Shown in pieces: positions 52,866 to 61,509 of a stretch of 64,000 bases of DNA. Source of the DNA: Candidatus Poribacteria bacterium (GTDB lineage Bacteria > Poribacteria > WGA-4E > PCPOR2b); contig OZ244042.1 of the NCBI GenBank assembly GCA_965215015.1, positions 3,392,001 to 3,456,000 of the forward strand. Direction: 5' to 3'. The stretch's first letter is position 1, and every line of letters begins with the position of its first letter. The notes below the pieces were generated by a model, which was not told the origin of the DNA, did no database searches, and saw only the letters and a program-made list of their open reading frames with translations. Made by a program: the position numbers and the translations under genes.

Positions 52866-55322
52866 ATGTTCAAACTGCTATCCAAAAGCTTTCTCTTTCA
52901 CTTTATACTTTGGTCGTTGATGGTTGTGGTTTTACAGCCCGTCCTCCTCGCGTCAGAGAGTCAATTGATACGATGGCCCCCAATTATTTGGCCAACACTG
53001 ACGGAAAACCTGATCGATGAGGATGGAAGGAAAGTGATTAGAGTATACCTGCCGCCAAGCTATGATTTTACCGAAAAACGTTATCCGGTTATCTATGTGT
53101 TACACGGATTCGGCGGAGATTCAAATAGTCTAACCCGAAAAATGAAGTCGGCGATGGACCGCATGATCTTCGGCGAGAAGATTCAGGAAGCTATCGCTGT
53201 GTTTGTTGATGGCTCGAATCGGTTCGGCGGGAGTCAGTATCTCAGTTCTCCAACTATTGGCGATTACGAAACGTACATCAGTAGGGATTTGGTCAATTTC
53301 ATTGACAGGCAGTACCGGACGATACCCCACCGGGACAGTCGCGGAATTACAGGGTTTTCGATGGGCGCGTACGGCTCAATGCACCTCTCCCTTAAATATC
53401 CGGAGGTATTCGGTGTGGTTGTTGCCCAAGCCGGTACTTATAAATTTGACGATGATTTGATAGAGTCTTTTACGGAGAAGGGTGGCGTTGTCCTAACTCT
53501 GATGGAGCCGCTGAAACAGAAATCTGGGGACGAATTTTGGAATGCACTGGAAGACTTAGCCAATTCGGACGCCTTACGGAGGGGGAGCCTACCGTTTCGT
53601 AGCGGTCTTGCGTATCTAGCGGGGGTCGCTTCCAATCCTGACAAACCTCCCTGTTATCTAGATTTGCCATATAGGTTAAGGACGGGGATTCCTCCTTGGG
53701 AGCGAGACGAGGAGGTTTGGGAGCGAATTGTTGAGAATGATATCATCCATGAATTAGACCGATACCTCAACAGATTAGAGCAGAATCCGCAACGACCGGT
53801 GCGGTTGAATGGAATCAAGTTGGTCCATGGGCTTGAGGACGAGACAGCGTTACCTAGACAGGCGGAAGCATTGGATCAAAAGTTGACGGAGCTTAGAATT
53901 GAACATGAGCTTGTGACACATGGTGGTGGGCACACATTCATCGCGGAGGAATCGCTGCAATTTATGGCGAAACATCTGGCGTTTGAACCACCGCCTGCTA
54001 CCCCGGACGGTTCTGGCACCGCTTCGGTTTCACCATATGCTGTCGCTGCATATAGCACTGGCAACGAAATTGTTATTACTTATACCGCTGGAGGCATGAT
54101 GCGCGGTGGTGCCCTTACGGTTTATATTCCATCGGGTTGGACACCGCCGCAGAAGGTTCCGGGCCTTCCCGGGTACACGACCGTGACCTCAACTGGCATC
54201 ATCGACGAGGTAACATTTACTAATCAGAGGATTCAGATCGATACTAAGGCCCTCATGCCCGATGACACGGTTACTCTTGTTTATGGGAATGGTGGGGGTA
54301 ATTCAGGAATAACCGCACCGGCGGATCGAGTTTCCACCTTTATTGTCGCTGCCGCCTCAACATCGGACGGTACGTTGACACTGATTAAACAGAGCCCAGT
54401 TCTCGAAGTTTACCTGCACCCGTGGGATGTGAATGGTGATGGGATGGTGGGTGTTCTTGACCTGGTTATCGTCGGAGCTGAGTTTGGACGAATGGTCGAT
54501 GGGGTGATTTTCGGGTACAACCCGGACGTGAACCGGGATGGGATTGTGAACGTATCTGATCTTGTTGTGGTCGGATCGCATTTTGGAGAGACCATCGGTA
54601 GCCCGGCGGCACCTGATTTCTCATCCGTCCCTATATCGGCAACAATCAAATTCGAGAACCCCCAGTTTTTGGGAGATCACATCCTGCTTGACCTGATAAT
54701 TGACACAACTGTGCCCATAGTAGGTTACCATATCCGGATGGCACCGGAGGGGCTTTTAAGGGTTGATCCAAACAGAAGCGATAGCGATGTGTTTCGTTTG
54801 GAGGAGGACACTCAGGCCGGAACGTTGGTGGGTGCCAAACTTGGTGTGGGACAGCCATGGCTCGGGCGGGTGCGGCTCGCTACACTGGAATTGGAAACTA
54901 GTAGTTCGATAGATTCGGCGCAATTCTTGAACCCTACAGTCTCTGTCAAGGCAGCGCATCTCGTCTCCGTGGACGGGCAGCCCATCCGCGTTGGGGTGGA
55001 GCCGTTCTTCATGGATAAGTTGCGCCCTTATCAAACGCGGGTGTTCCCCAACTATCCCAATCCGTTTAACCCGGAGACATGGATTCCCTTCCAATTGCAT
55101 AAGGCGGCACATGTTCGCATCACTGTTTATGATATTTTGGGGCGTAAGGTTCGGAGATTCGACTTGGGGTATCAGGCCGCAGGTTACTACAAAACGCGCG
55201 AGCGGGCTGTGTATTGGGAGGGTTGTAACGACATGAACGAGCGGGTCGCTAGTGGGGCTTACTTCTATCGTCTGGAAGCGGGTGATTTTGTCGGTACGCA
55301 CCAAATGGTTGTGTTGAAATGA
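52866..55322 (+). CDS. Secreted alpha/beta-hydrolase (esterase) with dockerin-like and FlgD/secretion-tail domains
   Basis: VYLPPSY, YPVIYVLHG, GFSMG; DVNGDG..DL twice; NYPNPFNPETWIPFQL..YFYRL. Confidence 0.88.
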   Translation: MFKLLSKSFLFHFILWSLMVVVLQPVLLASESQLIRWPPIIWPTLTENLIDEDGRKVIRVYLPPSYDFTEKRYPVIYVLHGFGGDSNSLTRKMKSAMDRMIFGEKIQEAIAVFVDGSNRFGGSQYLSSPTIGDYETYISRDLVNFIDRQYRTIPHRDSRGITGFSMGAYGSMHLSLKYPEVFGVVVAQAGTYKFDDDLIESFTEKGGVVLTLMEPLKQKSGDEFWNALEDLANSDALRRGSLPFRSGLAYLAGVASNPDKPPCYLDLPYRLRTGIPPWERDEEVWERIVENDIIHELDRYLNRLEQNPQRPVRLNGIKLVHGLEDETALPRQAEALDQKLTELRIEHELVTHGGGHTFIAEESLQFMAKHLAFEPPPATPDGSGTASVSPYAVAAYSTGNEIVITYTAGGMMRGGALTVYIPSGWTPPQKVPGLPGYTTVTSTGIIDEVTFTNQRIQIDTKALMPDDTVTLVYGNGGGNSGITAPADRVSTFIVAAASTSDGTLTLIKQSPVLEVYLHPWDVNGDGMVGVLDLVIVGAEFGRMVDGVIFGYNPDVNRDGIVNVSDLVVVGSHFGETIGSPAAPDFSSVPISATIKFENPQFLGDHILLDLIIDTTVPIVGYHIRMAPEGLLRVDPNRSDSDVFRLEEDTQAGTLVGAKLGVGQPWLGRVRLATLELETSSSIDSAQFLNPTVSVKAAHLVSVDGQPIRVGVEPFFMDKLRPYQTRVFPNYPNPFNPETWIPFQLHKAAHVRITVYDILGRKVRRFDLGYQAAGYYKTRERAVYWEGCNDMNERVASGAYFYRLEAGDFVGTHQMVVLK

Positions 55323-55617
55323 TGCAAATTGCGATGTAACCTATAATGCTATACCCTTGTCGCTCCGCTGGGGCTGTGTTGGTTCATTAGTTCATTGATT
55401 CGGCAAGATTCATATCTCGACAAAACATCCGGACTATAGCGCAATGTTCTCGGTATTTTCGATTTTGGAAAATTGACCTATTAGGAATCATCGTTGAGGT
55501 TTGTCTAAGATAGGGGCAACTTGGGTTTTACAACCCCTCTCCCTAAATGGCTTGGATTTGCCAATCCAAACCGAGTGCTGCGGCTAAATAGCACGCAAGC
55601 AGTACACCGAATTAGTC

Positions 55618-56769
55618 CTAATCTTCCGTCGCGCTTAAAGGTAATGGTGTTTTCGCCAATTCTGGGTCTAAGATGCGAATGTCTGCCGCCGCTTTCTGTT
55701 CAGTTAGCCAGGCTTCCCTTCGTTTTCGCAGCTCTTCCCCGATAAGTTTGTTCTGGATTTCTTGGCTAACTTCTGGGTATGCTTTCTGGCGGGCTGGTTC
55801 TTTTTTGAGCATCTGAGCGATGAGATATCCCTCGGGGGTCGGAATAGGTTGGCTCACTTCATTGATGTCCAAATCAGCAATTACTCGCTGAATCTCTGTA
55901 TCGGCCGGGATCACCTGTGTTTCGTCCACAACCTGAAGGAGCGGGTTATCAGGGTAAACTTGCTGGATCTCCTGAAAGGTTGCTCCTGCTTGTAACTGGG
56001 AAGCGATGGTTTCAGCAAGTGTCTTGGCGTGGATTTGCAGATCTGCTGCATCGTCAGATTCGGCTGCATTATCAGATTTCAATTTGACCAAGATATACCG
56101 AAATTGAATCTGCGCGGGTTCAAGAAATTCTAATTGATGTTGCTCAAAATATTGGGGTGCCTCTTGATTAATCTGTTTGTCGTCAATACTGCTGCGAAAT
56201 TGGCGGATGGTCAGTTCCTTTACAATTAAGATAGTCCTCACCCGTTCCTCTACTTCCCGATATTCTAATCCTAGTCGCTTCAGATCTTCCAAGAATAGTG
56301 CCTCGTTGCTATATAAGGATTTCAGTCCTTGAATTTCTGTATTCACCTTTTTTCCCCAACTCCAGAGCAGAATTCCGATATCGTCTGCCTTCTGTAACAT
56401 CAATTCTTGCTCGATGAGTGTTTCTAAAATCGCTCGCTTGACTGTATTCGGGGGATTCTTAATTTCTTGGATATTTAGCGCGTTTTCCTGTTCGCCTAGT
56501 ATGATTAGCGGATTATTGATAACGGCAATAAGGATTAGTTCGGTCTCTAATTCGTGTAGTGTGATTGGCTGATCGTTGACGACAGCGACCACGTAGTCAA
56601 TGATTCTTTCTCTGGTAAATCCGCTTGATATGCCTATTAGGCTAGCGATGAAGGAAAAGTAGAGTGAAACGTGGAATGCGATGCGTAAGGCGTAAGGAGA
56701 ATGCAAAACGTCAGTGTGTTTCTTGCGCCTCTTTCCTTGGCTGTCGACTGAGTGTCCAAGCCCTTCCAT
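55618..56769 (-). CDS. SurA/PrsA-like peptidyl-prolyl isomerase chaperone
   Basis: DYVVAVVNDQPIT, L.TLIEQEL, GATFQE, VSQPIPTPEGY; AGGAGG RBS. Confidence 0.82.
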   Translation of the reverse strand: MEGLGHSVDSQGKRRKKHTDVLHSPYALRIAFHVSLYFSFIASLIGISSGFTRERIIDYVVAVVNDQPITLHELETELILIAVINNPLIILGEQENALNIQEIKNPPNTVKRAILETLIEQELMLQKADDIGILLWSWGKKVNTEIQGLKSLYSNEALFLEDLKRLGLEYREVEERVRTILIVKELTIRQFRSSIDDKQINQEAPQYFEQHQLEFLEPAQIQFRYILVKLKSDNAAESDDAADLQIHAKTLAETIASQLQAGATFQEIQQVYPDNPLLQVVDETQVIPADTEIQRVIADLDINEVSQPIPTPEGYLIAQMLKKEPARQKAYPEVSQEIQNKLIGEELRKRREAWLTEQKAAADIRILDPELAKTPLPLSATED

Positions 56770-57389
56770 CTTTGTCCTCCTGCCCGTATTCGATTCTTGA
56801 AAGGTGCTTTGGATTCGATTTGGTCATCCTGTTTGTTGTGTATAACGGATGCTGCGGCTCATCCGATACCAATTCCATCGTAAAATTATATTCGTTCGAT
56901 ATCTACCTGTCAATTAGAAATTTTCACGGTTAGGGCTATTTAGTTTTCGGTTTTCTCTCTGCCTGAGCCGTGTGTTGGGATTCCCAAATGTCCCGTAGGC
57001 CGGGCATCTTGCCTGACTCATGCGCCAATGAACCGAGTATCGGGAGTTGGAAATCCCTTCCACAAGAGAGCTAAATCCGCCATTTCACAGTTGATAGAAT
57101 TGACCGACTGTGCTATCATATAATAGCACAGGTTGCTGCCTGTCGCCCTTTGCTGATGCTGCGATCGGGATTCAGAACAACTGAGGTTTTTTGTTAGTTC
57201 ATTGGTTCATCAGTTCACTGGTTGATTAATTGTGGGGATTGGGTTTTGCTCTCATTATTCGTAAGAACGTGGTGTTGAAAGGCTGGAACTTTATTGTCCT
57301 TGATAGCGAGACACTTTCAATCGTTCAACCTAACCTACAATACTATCCTATAGCGCGACAATTTCGGTTTGGAAGAGAGGTGGAAGGTT

Positions 57390-59786
57390 GTGAAAAACTC
57401 TGATCAGCCCATCTCAAAAGAATTGTTGAAAACATTGGATACAATTCAGCAGCGTGTGCTGTGGCTGGCAACGCTTATTATTCACTACGCGAACAACCTG
57501 CGTTCCAATCCAGATCAGACGAAGGTCGGCGGCCACCAGGCCTCTTCGGCATCGGTGGTTTCGATCTTGACAGCACTCTATTTCCATTTTCTTCAAGCCG
57601 GTGACCGTGTTTCTATCAAACCGCACGCTTCGCCGGTTTTTCATGCGATCCACTATCTGCTGGGTCAGCTGCCAAAAAAATACCTGACCATGTTTCGATC
57701 ATTTGGGGGGCTGCAGGCTTATCCAAGTCGAACGAAGGACCCGGACGCCGTCGACTTTTCGACCGGATCTGTAGGACTGGGCGCGGTTGCGCCGGCTTTT
57801 GGGGCATTAGCCCATCGCTATGTGCTCTCGCATTTCGGTCACGTGAGTTCGCGGCGTTTCGTGGGGGTCATTGGTGACGCTGAGCTGGACGAGGGGAATG
57901 TGTGGGAAGCTATCTTGGATCAAGCCCTCACCGGTTTGGACAACCTGCTGTGGATTGTCGATCTCAACCGCCAAAGCCTGGACCGAATCGTGCCCGGCAT
58001 TCGCGCGCGGCAACTTGAGCGTCTATTTGAGGAGAGTGGTTGGCAGGTACTTGAGGCAAAGTATGGTCGGCGGCTTCGGGAGCTCTTTGAACGCCCTGGC
58101 GGTGCCGCCTTGCGCCTGCGAATTGATGAAATGAGCAATGAGGAGTATCAGGCCCTCATTCGGCTCCCCGGTGCGGAACTCCGCTCTCGGATCATTGATT
58201 GTCAGGGCATCGATAATGCTGAAATCGCCGCAGTGATTCAGGATATCCCGGATGAAACGCTGCCATCGGTGTTAAGTAACTTAGGTGGACATGACTTGGA
58301 AGAACTGCTTACAGTACTGTCGCAGACTGAAGCGGAACCAGAAAAGCCGACGATTATCTTCGCTTATACGATTAAAGGTTGGGGAACCCCTATCGCTGGG
58401 CACCCGCTCAATCATTCGATGCTCCTGAGTGAGGAACAGATAGCGGACTTGCGCGAGGGCTTGGGTGTCTCTGCCGGCGACGAGTGGGAACGGTTTGATC
58501 CGGGGTCATCTGCGGGTCAACTCTGTCTGGCGGTCGCCGGTCGACTTTTTCCTCGCAATCCTGCACCGCCGGTAACCCTTTCCGCTGATGATGTGCCGAC
58601 GGCACTCTCTCTTCCCACCCAAGGATTTTTGAGTACGCAGCAGTCTCTGGGGCGGCTGCTGATGCGTCTAACTCGTGTGCCGAAGTTGGCGGATCGGATT
58701 GTCACGACTTCGCCGGATGTATCGGTGTCTACCAATCTCTCGGGGTGGATTATCAAGACGGGTGTGTTTGCGCCGCAAGAATTGCCTGACTATGAGAGCG
58801 AAGCGAACCAACTCCGAAGCTGGCGGCATGGACCGTGGGGGCAGCACATTGAATTGGGAATTTCGGAGATGAACCTCTTCACGTTGCTGGGGATGCTCGG
58901 CTTGTCGGCTGAACTGTGCGGCCAACATGTTATCCCGATTGGCACCGTCTATGATCCATTTGTGTGCCGCGGCCTTGAAGCACTGATTTATGCCCAGTAT
59001 TCGGGGGCGAAATTTATTTTCGCCGGGACACCGTCGGGGATCACGTTGTCGCCGGAGGGGGGTGCCCATCAATCCACCGTTACGCCTTCACTCGGCGCGG
59101 AGATACCGAGACTCAACGCCTATGAGCCGTGTTTTGCACAGGAGTTGGAGTGGATACTGTTGGACGCGCTCCGTCAATGTTGTGACCGGGAGCGGGGACG
59201 CTCGACCTACCTTCGACTGTCCACCAAGCCGATTGATCAGGCGTTGCTCACACCGGCTTTAGAGCGTCTAGGAGCTGATGAATTGCAGCACCAGGTGTTG
59301 GCTGGTGGATACCGCTTAGTGGATTGGCGCAATGCGGATCCAGTTGCGCCAAGAGAGCGACTGGTTCATATTGCGACAACTGGCGTCATGATTTCAGAGG
59401 CTATTGAAGCTGCGAACATTCTTCGCCAGCAGCGGGTGGCAGTCAATGTGCTGAATATGACTAGTCCTCGCCGATTGTTTGAGGCGTGGCAGGCGATGCG
59501 ACAACTTCCCGAACGTCCGCACGGTGGAGGGGAGATCTCCACTCCGTTTGACTGGTTGATTCCAACCAATGAGCGGCACGCACCGATTGTTACTGTCCAC
59601 GATGGTGCCTCCCACGCTTTATCTTGGTTGGGGAGTGTCTACGGGGAGTTGGTTATCCCTCTCGGTGTGGACGAATTTGGGCAATCGGGGGACCGCTCTG
59701 AACTCTATCGTCACTTTGGGATTGATGCCGAGGGTATTGCGATGGCGGCGGTAGCGGCATTAAATCGCTGTGGTCTGTCTGTTTGA
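57390..59786 (+). CDS. Pyruvate dehydrogenase E1 (AceE-type, transketolase-like)
   Basis: KVGGHQASSAS, KPHASP, STGSVGLG, GDAELDEG, NRQSLD, ELGISEMN, EGGAHQS, FGQSG. Confidence 0.9.
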   Translation: MKNSDQPISKELLKTLDTIQQRVLWLATLIIHYANNLRSNPDQTKVGGHQASSASVVSILTALYFHFLQAGDRVSIKPHASPVFHAIHYLLGQLPKKYLTMFRSFGGLQAYPSRTKDPDAVDFSTGSVGLGAVAPAFGALAHRYVLSHFGHVSSRRFVGVIGDAELDEGNVWEAILDQALTGLDNLLWIVDLNRQSLDRIVPGIRARQLERLFEESGWQVLEAKYGRRLRELFERPGGAALRLRIDEMSNEEYQALIRLPGAELRSRIIDCQGIDNAEIAAVIQDIPDETLPSVLSNLGGHDLEELLTVLSQTEAEPEKPTIIFAYTIKGWGTPIAGHPLNHSMLLSEEQIADLREGLGVSAGDEWERFDPGSSAGQLCLAVAGRLFPRNPAPPVTLSADDVPTALSLPTQGFLSTQQSLGRLLMRLTRVPKLADRIVTTSPDVSVSTNLSGWIIKTGVFAPQELPDYESEANQLRSWRHGPWGQHIELGISEMNLFTLLGMLGLSAELCGQHVIPIGTVYDPFVCRGLEALIYAQYSGAKFIFAGTPSGITLSPEGGAHQSTVTPSLGAEIPRLNAYEPCFAQELEWILLDALRQCCDRERGRSTYLRLSTKPIDQALLTPALERLGADELQHQVLAGGYRLVDWRNADPVAPRERLVHIATTGVMISEAIEAANILRQQRVAVNVLNMTSPRRLFEAWQAMRQLPERPHGGGEISTPFDWLIPTNERHAPIVTVHDGASHALSWLGSVYGELVIPLGVDEFGQSGDRSELYRHFGIDAEGIAMAAVAALNRCGLSV

Positions 59787-59788
59787 TG

Positions 59789-60523
59789 TCACTGTATCGT
59801 TAGCGGCATGACGTTGGACTCAAGCGTTGCTGAACCCCGGTAGGAATCCAATAGAAGATAGGGTCCGTCCTGTTTTCTTGCCTCTTCGTGCTCCAAGCCT
59901 TCAATCTCTCTCTCCAAATTGTGAATCACCCGTTCCTTCATGTCGTCAGGTATGCTAGCGTTTGCTTGTACTATCCGAATTTCGTTCTTTATCTCCTGCA
60001 CCTCTGGCAATTCGGGCGAAAAGATCTCCCGATAGACTTTCAACTCTATAAGTACTTGCAATGTATAGTCTCCCGGTCCTAGTTTGTAATAGGTCCACAA
60101 GTTTTTCAATATTGCCTGCCTTGTTTCCCCTGCCTTGAGTTCGGTTCCTTGGATACAACTTGTCACCTTGTCTTTCCACATCACGGTTTTGGTTTTCGCT
60201 GGGAATGTGATCGGCGGTTTGGGGGCGATAACCTGCCCCAGATTATTTTTGACCACCAATTTCGTGAATGCTCCCCTGGTTGCAACGGTGGCATATGGTA
60301 CAAGTAGATCAAACTTCCCCACCTGAATCGTTATTTCAAGGGGAACTGGTTCGTTAAATGTGTAATTCGGTTTCACCGATGATAAATGAAGCTCTGCAAG
60401 GGAGGCCGGGGTCGCTGCTGCTTCCGGAGCAGGATTGATTTCGGTCTTTCCTGTTGTACCACTCAGGCAGCCAGTGGTATAGAGACTCCATAGGGTTAGG
60501 CATATTAGAAGTCGGGTTGTCAT
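59789..60523 (-). CDS. Hypothetical lipoprotein
   Basis: AGGAG RBS; signal peptide with TTGC lipobox. Confidence 0.7.
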   Translation of the reverse strand: MTTRLLICLTLWSLYTTGCLSGTTGKTEINPAPEAAATPASLAELHLSSVKPNYTFNEPVPLEITIQVGKFDLLVPYATVATRGAFTKLVVKNNLGQVIAPKPPITFPAKTKTVMWKDKVTSCIQGTELKAGETRQAILKNLWTYYKLGPGDYTLQVLIELKVYREIFSPELPEVQEIKNEIRIVQANASIPDDMKERVIHNLEREIEGLEHEEARKQDGPYLLLDSYRGSATLESNVMPLTIQ

Positions 60524-60817
60524 GGTGTTCTCCTGTTAGTTTGGATGAGAAGAAAAACATCCACAAATCTACGCGAATTTTCGCTAATAGAATTTTTCAG
60601 CCCCCTTTTCATCGGGTCAATGGTTGTAACTGCGGGACGGTTTTCCGAAGGATATACCCGAAATTGTCCTTTCAGTCCCCTTTTCATTGGGTCAATGGTT
60701 GTAACTACAGGCGAGCGTGCTGCGATTAATTACTGGATGAACTTTCAGTCCCCTTTTCATCGGGTCAATGATTGTAACTTGGCGAGTTTGGGTTGACGGC
60801 ACTCGCCAGCCGTAAGA

Positions 60818-61252
60818 TTATTCTTCTATGAAAAAGATATCGGGGTTGACTTTGAGAAAATCACAGATTTTGAGAAAATCCTCAATCTTGATTGTCTCTG
60901 GCGTTTTCATTTTGAAGGACATTGCTGCCTTCGTTAGCCCGATGTGTCGCCCGACCTCAATCTGCTTCCGCGCTTGGACAGCCTCGCGAAAAACGTTTGT
61001 ATCAAGTTTCATTCCGCACCTCGCCTGTGGCGCTGCATTTTCGGGCGTGCCGTCGCCGGATGCGATAAAGCGATCGGGGTTAGCGTTGATAAAATCACAG
61101 ATTTTGAGAAAAACCCCGACCTTGATTTTTTCGGGCGTCCTCATTTTAAAGGACATCGATTCTGGAGTTAGCCCGATATGTCGCGCAACTTCGTACAGCT
61201 TCCGCGGCGACTTCTTGACTGCCCCGCGAAAGCTGGCGGTATCCAGCTTCAT
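60818..61252 (-). CDS. Tandem helix-turn-helix protein (two Cro/XRE-like domains) encoded inside the CRISPR array
   Basis: AGGAGGT RBS; two repeats MKLDT..EV.RHIGLT...MSFKM.TPE.IK...FLKICDF...NPD.F. Confidence 0.82.
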   Translation of the reverse strand: MKLDTASFRGAVKKSPRKLYEVARHIGLTPESMSFKMRTPEKIKVGVFLKICDFINANPDRFIASGDGTPENAAPQARCGMKLDTNVFREAVQARKQIEVGRHIGLTKAAMSFKMKTPETIKIEDFLKICDFLKVNPDIFFIEE

Positions 61253-61509
61253 TCTGCACCTCCTGTGAGCCCGGCCTCCGACAGGAGGTCGGCGAAATGG
61301 GAACTCGGCGGTGGGGGTTCAGGAATGTCAACAGGGTCGTTTCCCTCCACCAGACCGAGGGCGACTAAAATGCTGCCCTTCTCCCGTTCAACGCCGTCTA
61401 CGAAGAGATACAGTTCGCTCGAACGGCGCTTGTATGTCCATTCCCTAAGAATGGCCTGCGGCCCAAGGGCATGGATTGTGGCGCACCCCCCGGATTGCAG
61501 CTCTAACAC
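61249..61509 (-). CDS. Small ORF (86 aa, possibly the 3' part of a phage gene) inside the CRISPR array
   Basis: GTG starts 1 nt after the repeat; its stop overlaps the HTH start (ATGA). Confidence 0.55.
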   Translation of the reverse strand: MLELQSGGCATIHALGPQAILREWTYKRRSSELYLFVDGVEREKGSILVALGLVEGNDPVDIPEPPPPSSHFADLLSEAGLTGGAE

